Position numbers and translations under genes: made by a program
Shown: one piece after another, positions 19,464 to 28,632 of the stretch
Layout of the letters: the number at the start of each line of letters is the position of its first letter
How positions within the stretch are numbered: position 1 is the first letter of the stretch
Notes under the pieces: model-generated
What the model was told of the DNA's origin: nothing
The model's input: the letters and a program-made list of their open reading frames with translations, nothing else
The model's database searches: none
Virus record (IMG/VR): IMGVR_UViG_3300008952_000006
Coordinates: 1 to 64,000 of that record
From: a virus
Strand: one strand, 5' to 3'
Length of the DNA stretch: 64,000 nt

Positions 19464-19640
19464 ATGAAAAATAAACCAATTAGCGATGAAGAGTTAGCAA
19501 TGGCGAAGTTTAAACAGCTTCAGAACAAACTGAACCCATCCGCTCGAGCCAGGGAGGCTGCCGAGCGGTCGGATCGGGCGATGCGAGTTTCGCCCAATAG
19601 TTGGCACCGGCACGGGAAACGTGGACCGGGCGAATTTTAA
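19464..19640 (+). CDS. small hypothetical protein (58 aa, absent from the ORF track)
   Basis: AAGGAG RBS; MKNKPISDEELAMAKF... Confidence 0.55.
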   Translation: MKNKPISDEELAMAKFKQLQNKLNPSARAREAAERSDRAMRVSPNSWHRHGKRGPGEF

Positions 19641-19664
19641 AACCACCAAACCAATGAGGGCGTT

Positions 19665-20189
19665 ATGCCAGAACAAGAAAAAGAACCTACCAGCGAAGAG
19701 CTGCAAGAACTTATAGTCTACATGTCAGAGCTTCCAAAAGAGTTCGCTCTAGAAGCAGAGCCTGAGTTGCTAACAATTATGCGAGCAGCCGAGTGTTGGC
19801 AATCCGTGGTAACGGATGCGACAGAAAGGGATATGTCGGTCCAGGAAGAGGTGAGGAGCCACTTCACAAAGTTCAAAACCTACTTCGAGAAAGACATCAC
19901 AGGGCCCTGCGCGCATTGCGAAACCCCATTGTCTGCTGAAGACTATATCCTTGATTGTGGTCCCGAACTTATTGAAAATGTCTGCTGCATGAATTGCGGC
20001 ATAGGCATGTTAGCTGAACGGCACGTGGAATGTTGCGAGGCTCACTGGACCATGCGGATAAATCAAAGAGCGGGGCTCGACAGTGGCTTGCGGGGGTGCA
20101 TTGCCGAGTTCTCAACTAAAGAACACCCGCTACACGACGTGTACGTCATTACTAAAGCAAGGCTCTTACAGCAGGTAAGAGGCATGTAA
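19665..20189 (+). CDS. zinc-ribbon-containing hypothetical protein
   Basis: CAHC ... CMNC. Confidence 0.6.
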   Translation: MPEQEKEPTSEELQELIVYMSELPKEFALEAEPELLTIMRAAECWQSVVTDATERDMSVQEEVRSHFTKFKTYFEKDITGPCAHCETPLSAEDYILDCGPELIENVCCMNCGIGMLAERHVECCEAHWTMRINQRAGLDSGLRGCIAEFSTKEHPLHDVYVITKARLLQQVRGM

Positions 20190-20199
20190 AAAAGGGGGC

Positions 20200-20228
20200 G
20201 CAAAACGCGTCCTCTTTTTAGGGATAAG
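20200..20228 (+). promoter_or_regulatory. recurrent phage promoter motif
   Basis: GCAAAA-N15-GGGATAAG. Confidence 0.7.
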
Positions 20229-20253
20229 TATAGTAGAAGGAGGGTTATCAACC

Positions 20254-20637
20254 ATGATGCCGAAACTAACATTGTCTTCTGGTCTTAAGGTGGCGAACTT
20301 CTCGTCCCCCCACACATTCACATTTACCACAGGGGAGCAGCTTGAGGCTTGCACCCCGGAAAGAAGCTCGTCGCTAATGCTGCGAGCCATCGAAGAGGAG
20401 ACCATGAACCCTCGCGGGTTCGTGGACATAGCGCTGCAGTTTAAGCTGTCGTCGGAGGTTGAGAGCGCACTGATAGATGCGCATCTTGACGAGGCGGTGG
20501 ACGTAATAATCGTACCATTCCCTGTAATAACTGCGGTCAAGGACGCGGGGATGTTCTCCCTGTTTCCGAAAATCAGGACCATTAGGTCTGCAGACAGGGT
20601 GACGAAGACGATCCACACGGATCGGTTTTGTCTATAA
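20254..20637 (+). CDS. hypothetical protein
   Basis: AAGGAGG RBS; own promoter and downstream hairpin. Confidence 0.65.
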   Translation: MMPKLTLSSGLKVANFSSPHTFTFTTGEQLEACTPERSSSLMLRAIEEETMNPRGFVDIALQFKLSSEVESALIDAHLDEAVDVIIVPFPVITAVKDAGMFSLFPKIRTIRSADRVTKTIHTDRFCL

Positions 20638-20665
20638 CCAAAGGGGGCCTCCCCCTTTCTTACCC

Positions 20666-20694
20666 GCAAAGCGTTGCCCTTTTTAGGGCATAAG
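20666..20694 (+). promoter_or_regulatory. recurrent phage promoter motif
   Basis: GCAAAG-N15-GGCATAAG. Confidence 0.7.
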
Positions 20695-20738
20695 AAACAT
20701 GGAAGAACTCACTTCTAAAACAGATAGGAGGTGCCTTT

Positions 20739-21587
20739 ATGGGTACTACGGTAATTATCGGAGATGTGCATGGATGCACTCTCGAATTAAAGTTTATGCT
20801 CGCCCTTGTCGGGGCTACGTATGATATTGAGGAAGTTATTTTCGTAGGTGACTTAATGGATAAGGGGCCCGCGTCAGCAGCGACATTAGAATTTGTCCGA
20901 GAGATGGACGAGGTGGGGCTTGCCGTAAAGCAGGACCTAAAGAAAATTACTGTGACCGTGGTAGAAGGTAACCACGAGAACAAGAACTTTCGCTTCTGGA
21001 CAAAAATGGCGGCGGGGGATGTAGAGGGCGCAATGGCCATGAAGGGGTCTGAGGAGATGGCCAGCATCTTTGAGGAAACATCCCAGGAGCTACGGGACTG
21101 GATGCGTGCAAAGTGCGTACCCTATGTCGTAAAGCCTGATTTGGGCCTAGCCGTGGTGCATGGTGGCATTCTCCCCTCTGTTGTGAAGTTGCCTCAGGAA
21201 CCTACAGAGCTTGGGGGTAAAAATAAACGCCGAGTTTTGCGGTCTATGTATATCAGGTATGTAGATAAGGACACGGGATCCATGATTAAATTCATGGATG
21301 AAAAACCAGGGGATCCCTTTTGGGCTGATATATATGATGGCCGCTTTGGTCATATATACTTCGGACACCAACCGTGGTTGGGTCAGACGTCCTGGGACGA
21401 GCCGCGTCCCCTCGACTTCACGAGAAAAGGAAACCCTAAGAAGTTCCCGCATGCTACAGGTTTAGACCTGGGGTGTGTCCATGGAGGCGAGCTTTGCGCC
21501 GTTTTGATTGATAACGAAACCCGTGAGCGTGAATTTTACTCCGTGAGTGCAGAACAGGAGTACTGCGCCCCATTGGACATCAATTAA
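20739..21587 (+). CDS. PPP-family metallophosphoesterase (PrpE/ApaH/Pnkp-phosphatase-like)
   Basis: GDVHG, GDLMDKGP, GNHE, HGG, FGH, LDLGCVHGG.L.A. Confidence 0.9.
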   Translation: MGTTVIIGDVHGCTLELKFMLALVGATYDIEEVIFVGDLMDKGPASAATLEFVREMDEVGLAVKQDLKKITVTVVEGNHENKNFRFWTKMAAGDVEGAMAMKGSEEMASIFEETSQELRDWMRAKCVPYVVKPDLGLAVVHGGILPSVVKLPQEPTELGGKNKRRVLRSMYIRYVDKDTGSMIKFMDEKPGDPFWADIYDGRFGHIYFGHQPWLGQTSWDEPRPLDFTRKGNPKKFPHATGLDLGCVHGGELCAVLIDNETREREFYSVSAEQEYCAPLDIN

Positions 21588-21674
21588 AAATAGTGGGGGG
21601 TGTAAAGCCCCCTCACTTCTTTTTATTTATTACTCGACTTCTTCAGCCCATATTACTTGTTATATCATTTAATT

Positions 21675-22841
21675 ATGGGGAAATTACTAATAATACTCGT
21701 ACTAGTATTTTCAGTAGGTTGTCAGGAAGAATATCGTCTCCTCAATATACGATGCCAACAGCCTTGCTACACAGGTCCACCTGAAACAAAAGACGTAGGT
21801 ATATGTAGGTCCGGAACCCCTGTTTGCGAGAACGAGGAAATAATTAGTTGTGAAGGGGAAGTCCTCCCAGAGGATGAGTACTGTGACCTAATTGATAATG
21901 ACTGCAACGGAACTGTTGATGACTCGGTGTGGGATGAGGAAGCAAACACTTCCTGCGGCTCCAATGTTGGCGAGTGCTACACGGGCCTAAACATATGTAC
22001 TAACGGTGGGATAGAGTGCGTCGGGGCAAGAGATGCGTCGGAAGAAACCTGTAATGGTCTAGACGATGACTGTAACGGATTTATAGATGACATGGAGCTT
22101 CTTGGTTACTGTTACGACGGAGATCCAGAAGACCTCTACCACGGAGAATGTCACGCAGGGATATTGATATGCGTGGACGGACTAGAGGTTTGCGACCAGC
22201 AACAGATGCCCACCGAAGAAATATGTGACGACCTTGACAACGATTGTGATGGTTTTATTGACGAGGACCTAAATGAAGGTGAGGAAGTAGACATCGTATT
22301 TGTCCTAGACAGGTCTGGTTCAATGAGAGATCACTTCCCAAGCGTGGCTAACGCGGCGCAACTATTCGCTGCAGCCTTTGCGGGAGTTCCGGAATTCCAA
22401 TTTGCGCTTGTAGGTATTCCCCACAGCCCCGGAACGTCTGACGTTGAGGTGCTCCTAGATTTTACCGATGCCTCGACATTTGTATCCACGCTTGCCACAA
22501 TGTCCACAACAGGTGGTGGAGCGGAAGCCAGCTATGATGCCCCGTACGCAGCCTCCAATGGAGATCTCGGCCTCTCTTGGCGAAGTGGTGACACTAGGAA
22601 GTACATTGTGCTGTTCACCGATGAGCAGGCTCAGAGCTATGTCTCCCCCGCATTGACGGAGGCCGACGTAGCTGCAGAGTTAGTGGCAGAAGATATTACT
22701 TTTTATGGTTTCATCTCCTCAATATACTATAGCCAGTTCGACGACATCGCTGACGACACAGGCGGAGCTATCTATTACCTAGGAAGCTCAGCTGACATGG
22801 AAGACGACCTAGCGAAAATATTCGACGACGAGTGTTGGTAG
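21675..22841 (+). CDS. lipoprotein with MopE-type C-D-x-x-D-N-D-C repeats and a C-terminal vWA domain
   Basis: Lipobox SVGC; three E.C...D.DC.G..D repeats; vWA MIDAS DRSGS, GGAE, FTDE. Confidence 0.85.
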   Translation: MGKLLIILVLVFSVGCQEEYRLLNIRCQQPCYTGPPETKDVGICRSGTPVCENEEIISCEGEVLPEDEYCDLIDNDCNGTVDDSVWDEEANTSCGSNVGECYTGLNICTNGGIECVGARDASEETCNGLDDDCNGFIDDMELLGYCYDGDPEDLYHGECHAGILICVDGLEVCDQQQMPTEEICDDLDNDCDGFIDEDLNEGEEVDIVFVLDRSGSMRDHFPSVANAAQLFAAAFAGVPEFQFALVGIPHSPGTSDVEVLLDFTDASTFVSTLATMSTTGGGAEASYDAPYAASNGDLGLSWRSGDTRKYIVLFTDEQAQSYVSPALTEADVAAELVAEDITFYGFISSIYYSQFDDIADDTGGAIYYLGSSADMEDDLAKIFDDECW

Positions 22842-23034
22842 CGGATGGCGCGTAAAGGACCAGTCCTAGAGCGAGTAGTCACGAAAGATGAAGTGCAAGA
22901 ATGGTTACAAAAAGCCAGCCGAGATGAACTAAACATCTTCCACGATAGAAATGAGATCATAGTCCTGCTCTGCAAAGCCCTCCTGGCCGCATGGAAAGAG
23001 CTAGGTTGGTTAAAAAGCAAGAAAGAAGACCCTC

Positions 23035-23062
23035 GCAAAAGATAGGTAGCTCCTGGTATAAG
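23035..23062 (+). promoter_or_regulatory. recurrent phage promoter motif
   Basis: GCAAAA-N14-GGTATAAG. Confidence 0.7.
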
Positions 23063-23107
23063 AACCATGCTGTAAGAACACAGCTACAACCCCAATAGGA
23101 GAAACTT

Positions 23108-23602
23108 ATGGAATTTATTAAGAACGCGCTGAGGAACACGGTAGAAAAGCTCGGCGCAAAGCACTTTGAGCGTCCAGCAGGGTCATATGTCGAGGGCTTC
23201 AGAGACCAAGACAACGAAGGGCTGCATGTAGCCCTTTTCTTGGAGGGGTGTGACTGGCAAGAGGTCACTCCGCAGGCCGTGGAACTCGGAGTCGCTTTTG
23301 GCGACTGCCGTTATTTCCGTGCGCCGATTATAAACGAGGAAGCCTACGAGGCTGTCGCTCTTCTGAGCGAACTGGACGAGGAACAATTGAAAACCATCCG
23401 TGTGGTAAAGGGCCACCACGGGGAGATGGAATTGACAACCCCAGCAGTCTCACCTAGAAGGACAAAGGTCGTGCACCTTATTACAGGAACGCACGAGGGC
23501 AGTACGGTAGCCTTTACGTGGTATCCTGGTCGGTTGACCCGGCCAGCAGCTACGGGCTTAGATGGTAACACGCCCGTCAAGCTGTCCGGGGAGCCTGGGT
23601 AA
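23108..23602 (+). CDS. hypothetical protein
   Basis: AGGAG RBS; followed by a terminator. Confidence 0.65.
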   Translation: MEFIKNALRNTVEKLGAKHFERPAGSYVEGFRDQDNEGLHVALFLEGCDWQEVTPQAVELGVAFGDCRYFRAPIINEEAYEAVALLSELDEEQLKTIRVVKGHHGEMELTTPAVSPRRTKVVHLITGTHEGSTVAFTWYPGRLTRPAATGLDGNTPVKLSGEPG

Positions 23603-23621
23603 AGGGTACGACATCGTATCT

Positions 23622-23641
23622 GGGGGCTTCGGCCCCTTTTT
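23622..23641 (+). terminator. intrinsic terminator
   Basis: GGGGC-TTCG-GCCCC-TTTTT. Confidence 0.85.
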
Positions 23642-23939
23642 ACCTAATCAACTATTTTTATGTCCCAAGGCCAATACCAGATAGGGAAGCCGTCTGGGGT
23701 AGTTACGTAGACGCAGTAGGCAAGGCCGAAAGCGTACCCCTTTAGGTCTGTAACAACGGAGCGTTCCCCAACAAATTCACCAGCTATTATCTCAACCGTT
23801 TGCCCAATCTTGGGGTGTACAATGTCTGCGCCACCAAACCGGTCTGAGTAGTTCCTGAATGTTCGGTGCTCCGCCACGCTATTCCCCCGCTAATAACTTT
23901 ACCAAGCATAGGTATTAGCGTGGAATATGGTCAGAAAGA

Positions 23940-24224
23940 TTAACTAGTCTTTCTTCTCAGATCGTGGACATGAACCTCGGTCACAGCAAGACGCTCACGT
24001 AAATCGTCCTGCTGTGCCATAGCCTCTTTAAGAAGTTCACGGTCTATAGCCATCATGCGCTCGAGGCTACTTATCTTCTCTTCAACACGAGCAGCGTTGG
24101 CGCGAAGATCCCCGGACAACCCTTGAATTTTAGAGGACAACAACCAAACAGCAGGCACAATCGTCCCAAGAATCCCGATAAGAGTGGACGCAATCTGTAC
24201 CCAGTCCGTGTCTGGCATAAACAA
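23940..24224 (-). CDS. TM plus coiled-coil protein (holin-like)
   Basis: N-terminal TM IASTLIGILGTIVPAVWLL; coiled-coil C-terminus. Confidence 0.45.
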   Translation of the reverse strand: MFMPDTDWVQIASTLIGILGTIVPAVWLLSSKIQGLSGDLRANAARVEEKISSLERMMAIDRELLKEAMAQQDDLRERLAVTEVHVHDLRRKTS

Positions 24225-24314
24225 CCTCTATAAATATAAGTGTAGTTCGTATAGCACGAAACTCATACCTATGGGTATTATAGCCAAGAGCGGGGTGCTG
24301 ACAAATAGGGGTAG

Positions 24315-24770
24315 TTATTTTTCCTGGGGTTGTTGCGCTTGTTCACTTTCTGCTTGTGCGGCGGCTTGTGCGGCGGCTTGTGCTTGCGCAGCTTCCTCAG
24401 CAGTGCGGACACCCCAGTAAACCAACAAATCTTCATGAGTGCCTAAGGCTTCCTGCGCTGTTTGGAACTCATCAAAAGAATAGACGCCCTTTTCCAGGAG
24501 AATCTTAAACACGGCAAACAGGTGATTTTCTAGTCTGTTTATCGCAACACCGGCCATCTGGTACCCACGCAAAAGCTCAGAGACATAGCGCTCAGCTACA
24601 ACGAGCCGCTCCTCGGTCGTCATTTCCTTGTTGGTGGCCTCAGGCATCCCAACAAACTGCGGGGGCAGAACTGGGGCCTTTCCGTCACTTTGAGGATCCT
24701 TTGGTGGATTTTGTTGAGGATTTACGTTTTGTTGAGGATTTCCGCTTGGTTGCGGATTTTGATTTTCCAT
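24315..24770 (-). CDS. hypothetical protein with Q/P/N-rich ends
   Basis: NPQQN repeats and AAQA repeats. Confidence 0.6.
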   Translation of the reverse strand: MENQNPQPSGNPQQNVNPQQNPPKDPQSDGKAPVLPPQFVGMPEATNKEMTTEERLVVAERYVSELLRGYQMAGVAINRLENHLFAVFKILLEKGVYSFDEFQTAQEALGTHEDLLVYWGVRTAEEAAQAQAAAQAAAQAESEQAQQPQEK

Positions 24771-25029
24771 TACTAGTCTCCATTGCGTTTAGCGTAGTTA
24801 AATTCTTCTCTATAGAAGCTTTCAGGTTGCTGATCTCGCCAAGAACACTTTCGATAGCAGAAATAGCAACAACCGGTTCGAGGCAAGGCCCCGAAACACT
24901 TAATGTTTCTGTACTATCACTTGTATCACTTGGCAAATAATCTTCAAGGTAGTTCTCAAGCTCTTGGTACACAGCCAGAGTATGTTGAAACTCTGTTATT
25001 CTGGCCAGGACCTCTTCAATTTTCATCAT
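24685..25029 (-). CDS. hypothetical protein with basic KSSTKRK tail
   Basis: ORF in the minus-strand operon. Confidence 0.55.
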   Translation of the reverse strand: MMKIEEVLARITEFQHTLAVYQELENYLEDYLPSDTSDSTETLSVSGPCLEPVVAISAIESVLGEISNLKASIEKNLTTLNAMETSNGKSKSATKRKSSTKRKSSTKSTKGSSK

Positions 25030-25679
25030 GCCTCCAGAAGAGATTTAAACGTTTGCGACAGATCACCCAATGACGCATCCTTAATAATACTCTTTAAAGG
25101 ATAATAGACACAGTCCCTGTCTCGTGCGGCCTCGAGGGCGATGCTGTGTCTTATGCCGGTGGCACCACGGCCCGCTAGGATGTCCTCCTCCCTAGCAATC
25201 TTGGCTTTCTTGAACCCACCTTCATTTTTTGTCCGCACAAGGTAGACGTCTGCCGCGCCATGGAGGACACCAAAAAACTCACACATGCGATCAGCAAGCC
25301 TGTCCGAAGGAAGGTTAAAACAGTATGAATCAGGGAGGTTTTCTCTGACACAAAAAGCCCCGCAAGTGGGGCACATCACGGTGGACACATACCAGTATTC
25401 ATATAATTGCTGATATTTTAGGGGCCACTTGGCAACATCAGTCATATTTTCTTCAGATATCTCCTGAAGAGCAATCTCTGGTAGAGTGAAGGTGTCAGAA
25501 AAATACCCCTTACACCCATCAGTTGGGCAAAACTTAAGAAGCTCATCGCCTTTTCCGAACCACCCACCCTTTTTCCAAAGCTGGATATTCCCAAGACGAT
25601 TGTTCGTCTTCGGTCTGAACGTAATGCTGACCTGTAAAATGTACTCAGCCACTAACTCGGTTGGATCAAGTATAGACAT
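25026..25679 (-). CDS. zinc-binding hypothetical protein
   Basis: CPTDGC ... CPTC. Confidence 0.6.
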   Translation of the reverse strand: MSILDPTELVAEYILQVSITFRPKTNNRLGNIQLWKKGGWFGKGDELLKFCPTDGCKGYFSDTFTLPEIALQEISEENMTDVAKWPLKYQQLYEYWYVSTVMCPTCGAFCVRENLPDSYCFNLPSDRLADRMCEFFGVLHGAADVYLVRTKNEGGFKKAKIAREEDILAGRGATGIRHSIALEAARDRDCVYYPLKSIIKDASLGDLSQTFKSLLEA

Positions 25680-25686
25680 CGCTTCC

Positions 25687-26151
25687 TTACCTCACTGGGC
25701 GTACTTTATCATCATTCAGGCCGGTGCCTGTAGCGTAAGGGAGAGGCACTTCTAGTAGCCCATCCTCATCTGAGGCCATCTCAGCCCTGGTTGGGCGCAG
25801 ATTTGCATGGATAGAGGTGAAAAGTTTACGGATTTCTTGGGTGGTTTTCTCAATTTCTTCGGATTCGAAGATAAGAACCCAGCCAAACACCAGTTTTCCC
25901 CTACTCATGAAGTATTTTTTACCGACAAATGAATACCAACTGCCTTCGTTCGCTAAAAAATCCGCTAATACTTTGAGCCAGTATTCATCATCGTGCACGC
26001 GGCACAAAAAGCGAACATCCCCGCCCTTGCTAGAGACCGAAACCACCTCAATACACCCGCCAAGGGAGTCGAGAGTCTCTTTTACCTCTAATTGCAGTTT
26101 CTCTAACGAGACTACTTTCTTGGTGTCTGCTGCTTTCTTCTTTTTTGCCAT
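25687..26151 (-). CDS. hypothetical protein
   Basis: 154-aa ORF with RBS. Confidence 0.6.
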   Translation of the reverse strand: MAKKKKAADTKKVVSLEKLQLEVKETLDSLGGCIEVVSVSSKGGDVRFLCRVHDDEYWLKVLADFLANEGSWYSFVGKKYFMSRGKLVFGWVLIFESEEIEKTTQEIRKLFTSIHANLRPTRAEMASDEDGLLEVPLPYATGTGLNDDKVRPVR

Positions 26152-26160
26152 GCTGCCCTC

Positions 26161-26718
26161 CTAGGTAACAATTCTAAGACCGAAACTGGTCTCTGTTGTG
26201 GTGGCTCCTCGCGCTTCTGCCCCAAGAAGAACAACGGAGTCCTCCTCCAGAGTGTCCACTTCTACAAGGTGTAAGCCAATAAAATTATAATATTCCGAAC
26301 CGTCTGGCCCATCCTGTCTCTCGAGAGCAACAACGGTGGGTATACCCATCCAGTCACGAAAGAATTGGATAGACCCAACGAAAATATGGCTGGAGTATAG
26401 TCTCTTTTGGCCCAAAAAGAGCATGGCATCGAGCAATGTCTCTTTAGGGGACTTTGTCGTGGAAAATTCCTCCAAGGCTATGCGTGCCAAAACAACATCT
26501 GCGGCCTCTTCCGGCTCACCTATGCGCAATGAATCAGAGATAGCTTTATACCAAACAACCTCCATGGGGCGGCCTGTGCGTAAAGTAATAGACTGAACGT
26601 AGGGCTTTGTTAGGATGCGGCGCAAAGTAGTAAGAATACCCTCCGCCGTTGGGGGCATCTCCAGCTCCTCGACAGATAGCATTAAAGAGGCTTCGCGCTC
26701 TTCAAGATTCTCCCTCAT
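26161..26718 (-). CDS. hypothetical protein
   Basis: Likely start MRENLEE overlapping the stop of the RHH gene. Confidence 0.55.
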   Translation of the reverse strand: MRENLEEREASLMLSVEELEMPPTAEGILTTLRRILTKPYVQSITLRTGRPMEVVWYKAISDSLRIGEPEEAADVVLARIALEEFSTTKSPKETLLDAMLFLGQKRLYSSHIFVGSIQFFRDWMGIPTVVALERQDGPDGSEYYNFIGLHLVEVDTLEEDSVVLLGAEARGATTTETSFGLRIVT

Positions 26719-26885
26719 ATCTGCTCCACCTTTACAGCCTTCTCCGATTTGCGGCGGATATGCTCTAAATAAAGAATGACGATATCGGTCATTGTTGTGT
26801 CGTTTCTTGCGGCGTGGAGCTTCAACCACTTATGCAAGTCACCAGGGATGCGGATTTGCATCATCTTTTTCTCAGTCAACGCCAT
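26715..26885 (-). CDS. ribbon-helix-helix DNA-binding protein
   Basis: KMMQIRIPGDLHKWLKLHAARNDTTMTDIV; GAGGAGG RBS before ATG 26885. Confidence 0.75.
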   Translation of the reverse strand: MALTEKKMMQIRIPGDLHKWLKLHAARNDTTMTDIVILYLEHIRRKSEKAVKVEQI

Positions 26886-27267
26886 TACTACCTCCTCTAC
26901 TGCACCTAAAAAACATATCTCTTTCTCCACCCTGCCAAGGTAACGGTCGCCATGTAGGAAGACCTGACACAGCCAAAGGCTGCTTCGTGGGTTTTTTGCG
27001 TGCTCGTTTATAGAATCTAATATCCCTCTCGATGGGAAAGATGGTGGGAAAGTCCCGTGCCCAAAACCAAGCCCGTTCCGGACAATGTTTGCAGCCCGCA
27101 TTAACTCTATGGACGCCCTGGAGTCCTCGCGAGAGGAGTCTCCTTGTCCGCGTCTCGTAGTTATCCGAAGCCTTGGAGGCAGAGTCGAGCGACACTGCTT
27201 GCATGGCTTTGTTTGTAATGTCTTTTTTCGGCGCGGTTTCCCACATGAAGCACATATCCAATATTCG

Positions 27268-27594
27268 TTAAAATTGCGGTGTTTCTTCAACATCCCCTGA
27301 TGAATTGCCCTCGCCACTTGAATCTCCTAGGCCGATTTTTTCAGCAAAAGCAGCCGCTTGCGCAATATCTGCGATGTCTTCGGAGGGCGCGGAAACGCCA
27401 TTTGATGGCGGCGCATCCTCAGGAGCCAGCTGCCCAAAAAGGAATGAGGCCTGTTCCTCGGAGATGGGGAGCGAGAAGTCGTCCCCAGTCGCTAGGTTAA
27501 GAAGGATTAGCTCCGTTGTTGACGTCTCTCCGTCGAATAAAACCGTAGAAGAAACACCCATCACTAAAAGCCCACTATTTATCTGCTCAGTCAT
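27268..27594 (-). CDS. acidic hypothetical protein
   Basis: 108-aa ORF in the operon. Confidence 0.55.
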   Translation of the reverse strand: MTEQINSGLLVMGVSSTVLFDGETSTTELILLNLATGDDFSLPISEEQASFLFGQLAPEDAPPSNGVSAPSEDIADIAQAAAFAEKIGLGDSSGEGNSSGDVEETPQF

Positions 27595-27928
27595 CTTTCA
27601 CCTCATATTTTTCTTTGCCCGAGAGAGTCCGGATAAGGATTGGGCCCTGCTTGAACGCCTCGTCCAAAAGCTCTTTTGTGCGATCTCTAGAACGTTTCCC
27701 AGAAGCCTCGATGTATGGATACATAGCCCGCTTATATGCATCGAAGGTCTCCTGTTTCTCTTTGGCACCTTGGTGAAGCCCAGCTAAAGCTAAGTAAAAT
27801 CGCTGCTCCTGGCGATATCGCTGGACAAGTATACAAAGAGCCTCCTGCAGGCTGCCGGGACGGGGCGGAGCGACCAACTTGTCGTAAAACAAATTGGCTC
27901 TTGCCCAACCTATAGGAGACTCTACCCA
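27587..27928 (-). CDS. tail assembly chaperone frameshift extension (gpT-like)
   Basis: Open -1 frame WVESPIGWARANLFYDK... begins at the slippery site. Confidence 0.6.
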   Translation of the reverse strand, partial: WVESPIGWARANLFYDKLVAPPRPGSLQEALCILVQRYRQEQRFYLALAGLHQGAKEKQETFDAYKRAMYPYIEASGKRSRDRTKELLDEAFKQGPILIRTLSGKEKYEVKDD

Positions 27929-28632
27929 TTTTTTAATTTCTCGAAATCATCTGTGTAAAGGCGGTCAACGCGGTCGTTAAACCAATGCAAGTGGATAAGC
28001 AGAAGCTCGACCAGCTTCTCACCCATATGCATAACCTTTTTAAATTTTGCATTAAAAGCCTCGGTGTCTATAGAGCCGTCTTTTTTCTCGTAAGGATTAA
28101 AAGTATTACCGTTAATATTTTCGAGAGATAAGACGAGTCTCGCGTAACCCATCCAGCTTCGAAGCCCCCAGTCTGTCGCAGCCTCATCCTCAGCGCGGCG
28201 TTCAATCCAGAAGTTCTCGGAAGCCAGCAATGACCGATAGCGAACTGTAAGCTTGTTGGAGAGAATCGGCACTTCCTGAAGAACACGACCCGTCAGCACC
28301 AAATCAGAAAAGTCCATCTCTTCACAAGCTGCCTCAATTTTGGCGCGGATTTCTGGGTTATCCGATGGGGTGTTGCGGTAGAATACCGTATCCACCATCG
28401 GGTTAGCGCTCACAGAGTCTGGAAGTTCCTCTAGTTCAATGCGCTCAGGCTCCTTCTCCTGCTCCTCGGCATGGCGCATCTCCTCAACATCCTTGGCGTA
28501 AGCGCGGATCTGCTGCGACATCTCCTTAGACATCTGCGGCTTTTCTGGCGCTGGCTTCGGTGCTGGCTCATCCACCGGTTCCTTTGCTATCTGCTTTTTA
28601 ATTTTAGATAAGTCTGGTTTCTTACGACTCAT
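27922..28632 (-). CDS. putative tail assembly chaperone (gpG-like)
   Basis: Ends ...EKLKNG* over the A AAA AAT slippery heptamer. Confidence 0.6.
   Translation of the reverse strand: MSRKKPDLSKIKKQIAKEPVDEPAPKPAPEKPQMSKEMSQQIRAYAKDVEEMRHAEEQEKEPERIELEELPDSVSANPMVDTVFYRNTPSDNPEIRAKIEAACEEMDFSDLVLTGRVLQEVPILSNKLTVRYRSLLASENFWIERRAEDEAATDWGLRSWMGYARLVLSLENINGNTFNPYEKKDGSIDTEAFNAKFKKVMHMGEKLVELLLIHLHWFNDRVDRLYTDDFEKLKNG
27928..27934 (-). other. -1 programmed ribosomal frameshift site
   Basis: TTA AAA AAT GGG TAG contains X XXY YYZ; -1 frame joins the downstream ORF. Confidence 0.65.
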
